A stretch of 64,000 nt of DNA, taken from the NCBI GenBank assembly GCA_964234715.1, contig OZ174275.1; one strand, written 5' to 3'. The stretch is from Podarcis melisellensis (lineage: Eukaryota). Numbering within the stretch: the first letter of the stretch is position 1; each line of letters begins with the position of its first letter. The notes under the pieces are model-generated. The model searched no databases, was not told where the DNA came from, and was given only the letters and a program-made list of their open reading frames with translations. The translations under genes and the position numbers were made by a program. Positions 9,311 through 22,291 of this stretch are shown in pieces.

Positions 9311-12300
9311 AGCTTGGGATTGGTACCTGAAAACCATCTACATCTGTGTTGGTACAGAGAGGTAATGAGCTCTCCTCCCTCCATGCACAAGAAGAGAAGT
9401 AACTGTGATCTCTCAAAACCAACATTTGCTGCCACTAGCCCTCCTGCATTATGAAGGGAACATCCAGCCCACCCCTGTCTCTGCCTAGGAGATCAGGACA
9501 GCTTGGTTTCCTTGGGCAAATCCCATTGATATACACATGTAGTAGATGCCAAATGGTCAAGATATGGGATTTTATAGAGACTGCATTTTGATAAAGTACA
9601 GAGTCTTTTAAAAGTATGTACAATTAATGTTTCACTTTTCTCTAACCCCCATACTGATATAGCAATGGATCTGTCTTTTCAACATATTGACAGTAGTAAA
9701 GAATTTGACATATTTTTCATGAGAGGCTTATTGTTTAAACTGAACTGAATATATTATCCCCCCGCCTTTTTTCCCTTTCTTTTTTACACCACAGCACTTC
9801 TGTCATGGTGCTCTTAGCACCTAAAGGTCTTAACATTATCACAAATGAGAATGCTCTGCATTTGCAGCTGACATGTTCCTAAACCCTGTCAAAAGCATTC
9901 TTTAAATAATGCATCAGCATGTGTTTGTGATGCTGGCTTTGTACATACACTCTGACTATTATAAGTGAGGGTTTGTTGTCAATGGCACCAGGCACAGCTT
10001 CCAGCTTGTCAAATATCAGTTATGTGACACTGTCACTTAATGACAGCCACCCCTAAACGAAAGGATGCACAGTTGCTCACAGCTTACTTATATCGAGGAA
10101 GGGGAGAAATTCACACATTATTTGACCACCTCCAGCACACCTCCACTGAAATACTGATAGTGGGCTTTGGTAATGGGGAGTAGTGAAGCCTCTAGCTCTG
10201 TTCTGTAGACTCTGCTATGTTTGGTGCTGAAACCAGTGGCATCATAAAAGTTGAATGTGAACAAATCTAGAGAGAGAGGAAATTTGGATGGAGTGAAACT
10301 TTAATCACAAGTTTAATCACAGAAACTGTACTTCTATAAACCTGTTCTGGGTGCAAATATTTTCCTTTCAGCAAACAACACACCTTGCTCTAGTTACATG
10401 GGGAGGGGGGGTCCCATTTATCAGTGTGATTATTCTTCATGAGCTCCTGTATTGTGGGTTATTATGAGAGAGAGAGAAATATTATCTGATAGGCTTGAAA
10501 TGTACTTGTTGTTTATTGTAATCCAGTGTCCTTTGGTGAACTCATCTGTTCTCTCATCTTCCTTCACTGCTGTTGCCTTCAGGGCAAACCCTCCTTCAAG
10601 TCTTCCCATCTGCATTGCCTGTGTATCATCTCTTATTCCCCCGAAATTTATTGAATCTGGTGCATCTTATCAAATGGAGATGGCGGCCACAGGAGGCGAC
10701 AAAGGAGTTGGGCCGGCACAGAGGAGGTTGCAGTGGTTGCAGGAGGAAGCATTTTCAATTTTGCCTGAAGCAGCAAAATGTCCTGGACTGGCCCTGACAA
10801 TTATAGTGAATTTCATGAAGTATTTAGCCTAGAACTGAAAGTTTTGTTCTCTGGCTGGGGCATTCTCGTTGTGTTGAAGTAAATTCAACATCCAATTTGT
10901 TGCGCTGAACTTGGTCAAAAATTCAGATATTTTTAGGTAGGAAGCCTGGAAAGCTCAGGTTTGAGTAACATGCAAAACTACCAGCTCTTTATAGTATACA
11001 AGACACTATTAGCTTTATTGACAAGAGGAAGCTGTGTTGCACAACTTCTTTCACTATGATACTAGCAGTTTAGAAAAGGAGTGTTAAAAGCACTTGCTCC
11101 TTGCCTTAACATCATTCAGGGCTTTTCTTCATGGGTCCAATGAAATTTTGCATAGATTTTTATTTTTATGTTCTGCATTCCAAAGACTCTGGGCATGTGG
11201 CAGGTTTACAATATATTTGGCTAGTTAATTCAGTTCAGTGTGGGCTTGTCAACTTTCCTCATATCTCTGTTTTCTGGCTATATAAATCTCATTGGATTGT
11301 TCTGTTGCAGCTGCAGCTCATACTTGTCTATATTTAGAGGTTTGTCTATTTCAGAGTTTCAAGACCAGCCAGTCTTCTCTATATGTATGACAGAGAGAAG
11401 GGGGAGAGAGAGGCAAGGCCCACCAAATTCCCTTGGTCACTCTTCCCACCCTTAATTTCTAAACACAGTGCCCTCAGGTCTGTAGGCCTCATTTTGTAAA
11501 CTGTTCTCTCTCAGTGCTGCAGACCTTGTCATTTAAACTTGTGGTGGGGAGGCCATCTTTCCCAGTTCCCATCATTTTTGAGCACTGACTGTGTTTGCTG
11601 GGGCTGATGGGAGCTGGACTAAAGAACCTCCCCTCAGGGCTGTAGGCCTCATTTGCTAAATGTGCTTCTTTAGGGCCATAGGCATAGGAGGCCCAGCATG
11701 GACAGCCCTTCTATACCTCTTGGGGATATTCAGCTTTTGTTTTCATAAAGTGCTTTCATTTGTAAGCGATACAAATAACACAATGTGGTCAATACTCAGT
11801 CCAGTTGTTTACTAGCATTAGTGAGAAGTACTAGACCCATGTTTGTAAAGTTTTCCAAAATTATATAATGCAATTAAGTAACTTTAAATGCATGACTGCC
11901 CCGAGATGAAATTTAGAATCCTTTTAAATATAAAAGCCTCTCAAAACAGCCAAAATAAAAAGGGTTGCAGCCAAACAAGGCATTCTCGAATTGGACCCAA
12001 TGAAATCAATGGGCTTCACTAACTTAAATCCACTGTTTTCAATGCAGTATGATTAGGTAGATACAACCCTAATGTAAATTATGCCAGTCTGCTCAATTTA
12101 TAAAACTTGCTTCAGCCCTAGAATATGATTTTTTTAAAGTGCAGAATTATTTTAAAACAACAACACTTATGTATAAAAGGTCATGGAACTTGCCTCTTCT
12201 GTTTTTTTCTGTGCAACCTGTGTGTGTATTTAAGGCCTATCTGGACACAAAAGTTATTGAGCTTTATATATATATATATGGGGGGGGGGGAATCCTGGAT

Positions 12301-12420
12301 ATGTCACTGGACAACCCTACCCTATGGTTGAAAATGGAAGTCAATGAATTGAGCACAATCTGTTAAAAAGTCAACAGTGAACAAATCTCAAATAAACTCT
12401 GACTAAACATCAATAAGAGC

Positions 12421-12560
12421 TTTCTGACAATAAGAGCTGTTCTCCAGTGGAATGGACTACTTTGGAAGGTGGTGGGCTCTCCTTCATTGGAGGTTTTTAA
12501 GCAGATGTTGGGTGGTCATCTGTCATGAATACTTTAGTTGAGATTTGTGCATTGCAGGGT
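12421..12560 (+). mobile_element. CR1 LINE 3' fragment
   Basis: tttctgacaataagagctgtt..cagtggaa..ttggaggtttttaagcag..gcattgcaggg, homologous to 28200-28325 and 29533-29670. Confidence 0.82.
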
Positions 12561-12820
12561 GTAACTCGGTAGAAAATTCTACACATTTCATTACAGAATG
12601 AGTGGAAATTGCATAAGAGAAGGAGATGGAAATTGCATCTTCATAGTGCCTTATGCCCTAATTATAGAAAGTCATAATACAGAGCAGTATTTTAGACTTG
12701 GTCTGGTAGAACGCTGATACAAAAAATGCCAACATGTAAGCTCTTTTCATTTCAGTGCAACTGACTTCCAAACAAGGATGTATGAGGCCTCAGCAAAGTC
12801 TCTCATGTAGGTAATTTTCA

Positions 12821-13270
12821 AACAGGAAGTTGACAAAGCAGGATCATTAACAGCGGCACATTAAGCTTGCCAGAAGTGCAACACCAAAAACCTAATGTTA
12901 TACGCAAATGTAAACTAGATGCAGTAGTTAGAGCTGTAATTCAAGAGCTAATTAGATGGCAAAAGGCAGCAGAACCAAGCATCTGCCTCCAACATGCCCA
13001 AGTAAATTTCTGCAAGACTTTTTATTTTCTACAGAAAACAGAGGAAAAGGAAGTTGGTTCAGACTCCAGCTAGTTTAATTCCTCCTCGTATTTCCTTTTC
13101 AACTGCTTTGCTGATCTTCTAAACGTCTGCTTGTCTACTTGAAGTAACTTTAAGTAATTTTCATGCTAGAGCATTTGCCTGTTATACTCTTCAGTTTCTT
13201 CCTATATATGAAACTGCATGTATGACTTGCTGTGGGGGTGCTTAACTCCCTTTAACAGGAAGTGGTTACA
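12821..13270 (+). promoter_or_regulatory. Candidate haematopoietic-type promoter: clustered ETS sites with an ETS/RUNX-like composite
   Basis: AACAGGAAGTTG (12821), AAAAGGAAGTTG (about 13045) and ACAGGAAGTGGTT (13255-13267), all in the same orientation upstream of the 13428 donor. Not a CpG island. Confidence 0.5.
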
Positions 13271-13428
13271 TTGTGCTTTCCTCTTTGCTTTCTTTCTGTT
13301 GCTTCAGGGGAAGAGAGATTTGTGTAGCTTTCAGATACGTAACTGCTTCATGTTTTCCATTTGCTTTTTAGAAGCTACCAGTGGATGTTGGTACAGTGGA
13401 TAAGAACGTCATGTGTAGCAAACTGTAG
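13268..13428 (+). other. ARHGAP15: Probable non-coding 5'UTR exon of ARHGAP15
   Basis: Strong donor TAG|gtaagg at 13428/13429, just downstream of an ETS/RUNX motif and 4.1 kb upstream of the first coding exon. The 5' end is not determinable; possible internal acceptors at 13307 and 13371. Confidence 0.55.
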
Positions 13429-14561
13429 GTAAGGAAATTTCATTTATTTCTGAAGTCTTACATACAACCTGTTGCTAGATGTTGCTAGATGTGCATGATA
13501 AAATAAGCACAGTACATGGATGGGGAGAGAAACAGATTGCTTTGCATTGTTATGTTAAATGTAGTAGAAAATACACCAACAACCTATTCAATGGAGCCTC
13601 CAACATAGATATATAATGTGAAAAAGGGTCCAGATACTGGCATCTGTATTTGCACTGGGAGCACAAACAATAATAACTTTTACATTTTCAAGGGCTTAAC
13701 TGGTTTTGTCAAAAAGTGTATGCCAGCTTTGGCGTGTCACTTCTTACAGAAATCTGGTCAGCAAATGGTTTTGATTGAGAAAAGGTATGGTGAGTATAGG
13801 GGCAGTGAAATGATGAAGAAATTAAAAGATGTTACGGCATGATGATAAAGCCACATTAGCAAATTTTGGTAAGAAGTCCCACTGCTGAAGTATTGCAGCA
13901 ATAGTAATAAACAGTGGGAATGCTAGTGAAAATAGTATCCTGTGGGCATATCATTAAGAATGAAAAACGTGCTCAGCTACAGTATCGCATGTGCACTAAA
14001 AATCAGTGGTGGAGCCATATCAGCAGTAATGAAAGTTAGGAGATTTCTCCAAACGCTAATGCAAAAAATGTCCAACAGAGGCAGAGAGAGCACAAACCAG
14101 CTCTGCTCTACAGTGCTTATGGAGAGACAGAGAGGAAACTGCTGCCTTCTGCATCATTAACTGGAACCCCAGAGTTACAAATTCTTGAGCAATGGATAGT
14201 TGTTGTTTTTCTGAAAAGTTTGTATCTCTGAAAGTTCTCTTTTCCAGATGTCTTTCTGCCATTTCCCTTACCTCCCCACACCCTCAGAGGGGAGGCAGCC
14301 ACCCCTCTATCTTCTCAGCTTTCTCCAGAGCCACCCCCCATATCGACCCCTAATATCTTACAGAAAAGACTTTCCTCTGTGGTTCCTCAGTAATTTGGTA
14401 GTAACAGTAGCTTCCTGGAATGAAGATTAGGTGGCTTTTACTTGATTGCAAAGTATATGAACAGTGAAAGTCAAATTCTAAAGTTACATCTTAAAACATG
14501 CGGATGAGTCTTACAAGTCACACCAGTCTCCCTTTACCCTGTTCTTCAAATCCTTACACAA

Positions 14562-14672
14562 CAAACTGCCTTTTACTAGGCCATACTATCAGTCCATATA
14601 GCACATTACTGTCTACATTATATTGCAGCAGCTCTCCTGGGTCTGAGCTCTTTCACTCCACTTGCTACCTGA
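14562..14672 (-). mobile_element. Decayed SINE/LINE tail; related + strand copy at about 15420-15542
   Basis: aactgccttttact..gtccatatagc..tactgtctaca..gcagcagctctcc is loosely complementary to cctgagatc..ccagtcag..actcagcataa..agcttcatgtt. Confidence 0.4.
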
Positions 14673-17552
14673 TCACTCCCCCGCTCCCCTTGCCATTCTT
14701 AGTGGAATAGCAGGTATGCATTCCACCCCTTCACCATTCTCAAAACAGAAAGTGTGATGCAGAACTTATATGTATGAAGACAAGATAAAGTCACACAGTT
14801 CTTCCCCTTTAAAGGAGGTGAGGGAGAGATCAATATAACTTGGGTTTCCACATCTGAGTCTAAATTTGCTGGATCCCTTCACATGTGTGTAGGTTACAAA
14901 AGGAGATGGTATATGAATCCTTTCTTCACAAACCCAGAACCTAAGCTGTCCTGCTAGCTTAGTAAGTGTATATAAATAGAGCCTCTGAAAATATGTGCAA
15001 ATTTCCCATGAGAATTACAATAGAAACCACAGCCTCTGCAAGGAGGATTGTACCAAGTGAGATAACAGAAGCAGACCTTCCTTCTAAGCTTCAGTAATAT
15101 TCTTTATTGTACCTACACACTCCTTCCAGCACTGAGAGTTTATCTTTAGAAAGTTTTTTAAAGACAAATACTCATGACAGCTGTATGCCCCATCATGCTT
15201 TGAGTGGGCAACAAAACAAAGAAGAAAATGATTGTGAATATCGATAGATCTCTAAAATCACTTTAGCTAGTAGAACACTGGTCAGCAACTAGTTCTATCA
15301 GGGGGCCACTTTGAGGATCAGATTGACACGGTCTTACGGCCCATTGCCAATCCATATACTTGCGTGGGTGTTTCCATCACTCAGGTTTAACCCCCAATTT
15401 ATCCAAGTCAATGGCCCTCAGGTACTGAAAATGGGAAAGACCTTTGCCTGAGATCTTTGTAAGGTGTTTCCAGTCAGAATTAAACTATTACTCCAGTCCA
15501 GCCCAGTGCTGTCAAACTCAGCATAATTGAGCTTCATGTTTTCAGAAGAAGTGGAACCATGCTTGAGCTATGCAGATGGTAAGACCCAATTCTCAGTGGC
15601 TAGATTCACCAGTTTCAGGAACAGCCTTACCATTATGCTGGTGCCTGGGGAAGGAGGTTTTTGCATACCATTAAAAATGAGCACATTGCCAGTTATTTAG
15701 TTTGTTATACTTTAGCACCATGAGGTGGAGTGTTGTTTGCATTTTCTGCCTCAGATTCCAAAGTCTCTTTGGCCATCTCTATTTGGGAATCAGGTTTGCA
15801 GTTCACTCCCATATAAGCAAATAGATAGCTGCCATTTACTTCTGTGGTAAAATGTAGGGCACACGGGGACACTGTTGTGACAGAAGCACAATCTCATCCA
15901 GGGAGGATCAATGTGTGTCTGTAGAATAAATGCACCACATTTGCACATAATGTGAAAGCATGGTTTATTGGAAGGAGTAAAGAGCCAGAGGAAGGTTTCA
16001 GGCTCATGTGCTTCTCTCCTCTCACCCGTCTGCCACTCCTCCTGTCGCATGGCTGGGAGAAGGACCTCAGTTTCACTCTCTACTAATTTGTATAAACTAG
16101 AGATTGTGGCTTAAAACAAAGGCCTGATTCTTGTGTAACACCGTGGCTTAGTGTGATGTGGATGATGGATTAGTGTTATGTATTAACCGAGCCATAGAAA
16201 TGTGCTGCATCTACAGAGGTCATTGCCATAGAGAAGTCCATCATAATGGTAGTAACCATAATGGCAAATACAAATAACAGCTGCTTACTAGAAAATGAAT
16301 AGCAGTTCAATAGCAAGATTAAATGCCATTATGGGATGTTTGTACAGACTGTCATAAGAGATAACATTTGATATTTAGGACCTTTTGGGGTGTTTACATT
16401 CAAGCAGCAGAAATTAAGGCCTACTCAGAGGAGGAATCAGGATGCAGCATGGCTTGCACCTTCTATTTGCTTTATGTTTAGATACACACATCACATGAAA
16501 AACAGCTGATGCAGACAGATACTTCCTAGCAAATATTTGGCAAATGTTGCTCTGCATTTCATCCGGAAGATGGCATTCTTTGCATCAAAGTGCCTATACT
16601 TCCCACAGCTCTTAGGCTTTCCTTAAAGATTTCCCACCTAAGCACAAATCTGGCCTGACAACCCTATAGTTATGAGATATGGCAGATTTAATAATAGCCC
16701 AAGGTCCAAGTACGAAAAAATATCATGTTACAATTTAAGTAAAATGGATGAAGCTTTGAAAATGTGTTCTCTTTCTAAAACTAGATAAGCATGTTTAGTG
16801 TTTTAAAAGCACTGAACGATGTCTGAAAACGTGGCTAATATTTGAGTGGAAAATATATGCATTAGCAGCTCCTTGACATGTAGCCAAAGAGTTGCATAGT
16901 TTGGTGACATCTCTACCAGTGACCTTGATGTCTGATGCTGACCCCTCCACCCCAATGCAATAGCAACATATTTGCCTCTACTTTGCTCTAGTCTGTAATT
17001 AGTTCCATAACCATCTACCTATTTTAGCCGGCATATAAGAGGTTTTATGGGGTGCATTTTGAAACATAATATATGAAGCAGGCGTGCATGCAACATCCTC
17101 CGCTGGTCTTTCTGGCATAATCAACAAAGGCCAAACACTTCACTTTTAGCCTGTGAGCAAACTTGAGATATGTGTCTCAGATGTGAACATGGGAAGACCA
17201 AAGGCAAACTGTAAGGCCTGCCAGCTGGATGTACTGGAAAGGTTACTGAAAGATTACACAACAGAAGAGTGGCCTTTGAGATAAAGATAATCTTTTATGT
17301 AAACTTTGCTCTTGGATGAGTTGGTGAGTAATAAGGTGCCCTAGATTATTGATTCTACTGATAGATTTTAAGAGATACTCAGCTGGTTTCACTATTATTT
17401 TTCCTTATTACCTAAACTGGAATAAAACCTGGATTAATCGACAGTGTGTTTAACATTGTCTTCTTACTGACTAAGATGGAATAAAACCTAGATTAGTGCA
17501 TGGTGTGTCTGACCTTACTGGCTATTATATTTTTCAGGTTGACATAATAATC

Positions 17553-17717
17553 ATGCAGCGGTTCATGTCTGCTGATACCAGTGCAGAAAAGCTGCATCAT
17601 TCCCATGAAAGCACAGGTGCTGTTCAGATGAGGATCAAAAATGCCAACAGCCCCCATGACAGACACAGCCAAAGCAAATCTATGATACTGTCTGATAATG
17701 TGAAAGTCACTGAGCCT
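17553..17717 (+). CDS. ARHGAP15: Rho GTPase-activating protein 15, first coding exon (exon 2; exon starts 17538, ATG at 17553)
   Basis: Acceptor ttttcag|G at 17537/17538 and donor CCT|gtaagt at 17717/17718. 55 codons including TGAVQMRIKNANS and SQSKSMIL..VTEP, matching recalled vertebrate ARHGAP15. Confidence 0.96.
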
Positions 17718-17769
17718 GTAAGTACTGCTCTACAATAATTTTCTGTCCCCACTCATTTGTTTTGTTATA

Positions 17770-18011
17770 CAGTGGTACATCTGGTTAAGAATTTAATTTG
17801 TTCCAGAGGTCCGTTCTTAACCTGAAACGGTTCTTAACCTGAGGTACCACTTTAGCTAATGGGGCCTCTCGCTGCTGCTGCGCCGCCGCCACATGATTTC
17901 TGTTCTCATCCTGAAGTAAAGTTCTTGTCCCGAGGTACTACTTCCGGGTTAGCGTAGTCTGTAACCTGAAGCGTTTGTAACTCAAAGCGTTTGTAACCCA
18001 AGGTACCACTG
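17770..18011 (+). mobile_element. 242-bp CAGTGGTACC MITE, 52 bp downstream of the exon 2 donor
   Basis: TA|cagtggtacatctggtta ... ccaaggtaccactg|TA; same internal sequence as the 7435 copy. Confidence 0.93.
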
Positions 18012-18894
18012 TATATATATTGCATTTTTTGAAGTTTTCTGAAACTAATTAGATTACCTTCTCCAGTATAGGGAGGACTAGAGTATCAGGAAACTTTGCC
18101 GGAGACAACAGAAAACCATTAATCAGCCACTGTTTCATACCACTGAAATTTGTCCTTCACCCTTGCAGAGGTTAGCAGCAGCATGTCGGTCACACCCTAT
18201 CAAACAGTTATATGCCTATTAGAATCGAGTCATTATTGGCTCCCACACCTACAGATCACTTTCTCCTAATCCTTTCCAAAACACAAGCTCTGGGGTGTGT
18301 TCTGCCATATGTGTTGGACCTGATATAATTTGAGACAAGCCCATAATTACATTGGCAGCCACGGAGTGCCACATCTCTTCAGAAAAGCTTGCACGAACAG
18401 GTGTGTTGACGGCCCCCAAGACCAAAAACCTTGTGGTTCCTCAACACCATTCCTGTCTTAAGTTTCCTACACCAGATACAGACACTACAATTATTGATTA
18501 GTGGACAAAGTATCTGATAAGGGAGATGATATATTTATAGATACATTCATATATTTATAAATAACAGCTACTTCTCCTTTCTACCGAAAGAGATACATCT
18601 GGGAAACATTTGCATCTTCGCCTTCATCCAGTCAGGTTTCAGTTATAATAGCCAGGTCAGCGTGTCCTTCCTGGACAAGATCAGAGACAGTAATTGTCTT
18701 TCCATTAGCTGATCTGGAATTTTCTAGTTTCACCTAAACAACTTCAAGGAACCACACAGCAAAGCTACTAGTAACAAGGCTGGGAGATGGGCTGGAAGGA
18801 GAAGTAGCTTGAAGACATCTAACCCAGCTTTTCCTCACCTGACACATCCATCCTGTCGCCATATCACTCTGTGTCCATTATAATTCCATTGGTA

Positions 18895-19244
18895 AAGGTA
18901 AAGGGACCCCTGACCATTAGGTCCAGTCGTGACCGTCTCTGGGGTTGCAGCGCTCATCTTGCTTTATTGGCCGAGGGAGCTGGCATACAGCTTCCAGGTC
19001 ATGTGGCTAGCATGACTAAGCTGCTTCTGGCGAACCAGAGCAGCGCACGGAAACGGCGTTTACCTTCCCACCAGAGCGGTACCTATTTATCTACTTGAAC
19101 TTTGACATGCTTTTGAACTGCTAGGTTGGCAGGAGCAGGGACCAAACAATAGGAGCTCACCCTGTCGCGGGGATTTGAACCGCCGACCTTTTGATTGGCA
19201 AGTCCTAGGCTCTGTGGTTTAACCCACAGCGCCACCCGCGTCCC
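18895..19244 (-). mobile_element. Sauria SINE, full length
   Basis: Revcomp begins gggacgcgggtggcgctgtgggttaaacc, has B-box ggttcaaatccc and ends in (ttacct)n. 13-bp TSD AATTCCATTGGTA (18882-18894, 19245-19257). Confidence 0.93.
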
Positions 19245-22200
19245 AATTCCATTGGTAGCCCTTTACTAAACTACCGTTTTCAGTAGGGGCTGTGCCAATT
19301 CATCGTACCCCATCCTCCTAGACCTTGCCACACCCTCATGTGCCTTTCCTCCTCATGCTGCCACTGAAGCCAAGCCAGATGAAAAGTCAACCTGGTAGAA
19401 GCAGCAGCAGCATGGGAAAGGAGCCAGAAGTGGTGGCTGATCAGCCTGAATATTTGCTGTTGCTGGCACTGCCTTATCCATACTGACTATTCATCCTAAT
19501 AGTGGACTACCAGGTGCTGGTCGCTGCTTCTGACCACCTTCTTCCATCCTGAGCTGCTTTTCCTTCTGAGGCAACTCTAACCACTAATTCTAACCACTGG
19601 TGGCAGAAGCAGCAGATCCCCAAGCTGGCCATGGAGGAGGAAGGTGGTGAGTAGTGGTGCCTGCTGCCTGGGCTTCTGGATCTTGTGGGCAGGGGCCCCA
19701 GGGTTGGCAGGCAGAGGAGCTAACGGGGGGGGGCTGCTGATGCCTGTCCTGGCTGTCCCTCTGCATTTCACCTGGACCACCCACCCACCCTCTGCCTCTT
19801 GTAAGAATAAATAAAAAGGGGCAAAACATCGTAGATTTATTGTTCACTTGCTGTTATGAAAAACTGTAACTTACACAGTAATATAGTTTTCCTCCAAATG
19901 TTAGTGTCACTGAGAACATTTCATGCTGGCTGGCACAAAAGGCAAGGGGAAGGAAAGTAATTTGCCTGCATAGGATGGGGCCAGAAATGGCATTGTGTAG
20001 GATCAGTGATACTGCACAGCTCTCTTTTTCCCTGCTGGGTAAGCATTCCTCAGCTGAATAAACCCCCCTCCTCTGTTAGTCCCATGATGACTGACCCCAT
20101 GGGGAGTGGGGTGGGCATTAGAATTGCAGGAAGCAGGGCAGGGGAAGGGAGGGATGAAGGTGTTTAGTTTCATCTTCCTGCAATCGCCCTTGTGTTGCTC
20201 AACTGCTAGGAAACAGCTGAGATTGGTTAAAAGGGGGCTGGATTGAAGGGGAAAGGGCTCCTTTTGAGGAAGAGTAGGATATAAATTAAGTAAATAATGG
20301 TAAAAAAAAAACAACCCACCACTTTATCTGGAGCCCCTCCCACCTTCCTGCTTCTTGCCTAATCAGTGGGGAGGTTATATATAATTCGGAAGTGGGCCAG
20401 GAGCAGCCTGGGGACTGCAGATTGCAAAACGCCTGAACATTCTTGGAGATTATGCATATTGGTCAGAAAATGTGCATATTGCCCAGAGAATGTGCAAAAT
20501 GAAGTTGAGATGCGTACAGCCCCCCACCCCCAGCCTTTTGGGAATTATGCCTGGAGAATGTACAAAATTCAGTCACTATATTCACATTCCCCAGGCCTGT
20601 TGGGAATTATGTATAGTGACCAGGAAATGAAGGATTATGTGCACATTCTCCATGAGGCCTGGTGAATTGCACAATGGCCAGATATTATGCACATTAACTG
20701 CTCAACTTACACTCTCCTTAACACATAGATATAATTTAGAAAGTAAAAGCAATTACGCAGTTCTCCTGCCATCTCACTAAAGATGAATAAAAATGGGATG
20801 CTTCCCAAACCCATTTCCACCCTTACTCACATAAACATATTCAGCTACAACCAGCAGATATATAAGGCACTTCATTATATTCCTGTAACAGACCATTAAG
20901 GTATAATTAAATGCTAGGGCATTAGAATGGAAAAAAAAATCAAAGCAAGGGAAAGCAAAAATTAACCCCTCCTCCCAAAAAATGTAACCTTCCTTCCATT
21001 CCACCTGAGGCATTTTAGGTACCTATCTATCCACTTACCTACAGTCATCTTTATGACCATTCATATTCATTTATGACCATTCACTGTGGCTTCAGTGGTC
21101 CAATAATTCAGTGGCATTTTCTGATTTGTTATGTAGTTTGGGAAAGCATTTGAAGAAGTCTTGCATTTCTTTATTCCATAGAGTAAGAAACACGTTCAGT
21201 GGGAAATTTTGGATTGCCAGCTGTGCCCATGTAAAGCTCTTACTAAACAACTAAAAATCCTTTGTGTTGCCGCCATTGGATTATATTTCTGAAAGACATG
21301 GCCTAACATTGTATTAAGATAGGTAAATGAGAAATGAAAGCTCTTCCTAGCATGTAACACTTGCTAATGACCTGTGCAAAAATACTATGATTGAGATTAT
21401 TTTTGATATTTAAAAACTGGAGTCTGAAATAACCCTGACACATGGCAGAGAAAGCCAAGTGGTACTGGATTTGTTTATTTTATCCCTTCTGAAAATATTT
21501 AAGCGCTAATACTTTAGAGGTGAACTCTGTTGCCAGTCATGTCCCTTCCCTTTTACTCATCCTGTGCTACTAAACAAACTGATTGGTGTGAGCCTCCCTT
21601 GGTTCATTTTCCTCCATAATGGCTGCAACTTGCAGCTGAGGCCATATGATATTGCAAAATTATTTATGCAATGTTAGTCACTCGCTTTGGATTCCAGCTC
21701 AGTTTTTCAAATCAGAGCAAATAAGTGAAAGCCCAAAAACTCTCCTAGCATCCCACACCAGCACCAAAAATTTCTCTTTTCAGAGCCATGGAAGCTATTA
21801 ATTGGCTATTCTGCTGATATGACAAGCCCCTATGAAATATTCAGCTATTTAACTGAGACAGTAAATGGAATAATCTTGCTGCAGTTGTTGGTTCCCCCCC
21901 GCACCCGCCCTTCTGCTATTTTTACCTCCATGTTCAAATGCAAAATTAACCACAGCCGTTTCATCACCATAGCTCAGCAAATACATGATTTTAATTATTC
22001 TTCTCTCAGTTGGCAGAAGTAAATCTTTAGTTCAGAGAAACTTGCATTGCATTTCAGAACTGAATCCCTTCCTCCCCCCCCCTTCGATATCAACTTAGTA
22101 GCTGATGAAACATTCATTTCCTTATGTTTGCTTTCCAATTTAAAACTATCACTTGCTGGCGACACATTTGCACGTAGTACTTAAAAAACACACACACCAA

Positions 22201-22291
22201 CCCCCAACCCCCATAAGTGAGATGTTCTGTTAGGAAGTTAAAAGAATGTTTACTGTAATTTATTTGGAAATAGTATAATGTATTATCAGTA

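Noticed and set aside
10452-10832. 126-aa ORF as a protein-coding gene
   Set aside because: Non-ATG start, no recognisable homology or convincing exon structure; treated as non-coding.
1-12800. 3' exons of the usual upstream neighbour KYNU
   Set aside because: No kynureninase-like peptide recognised in the ORF track or by eye.
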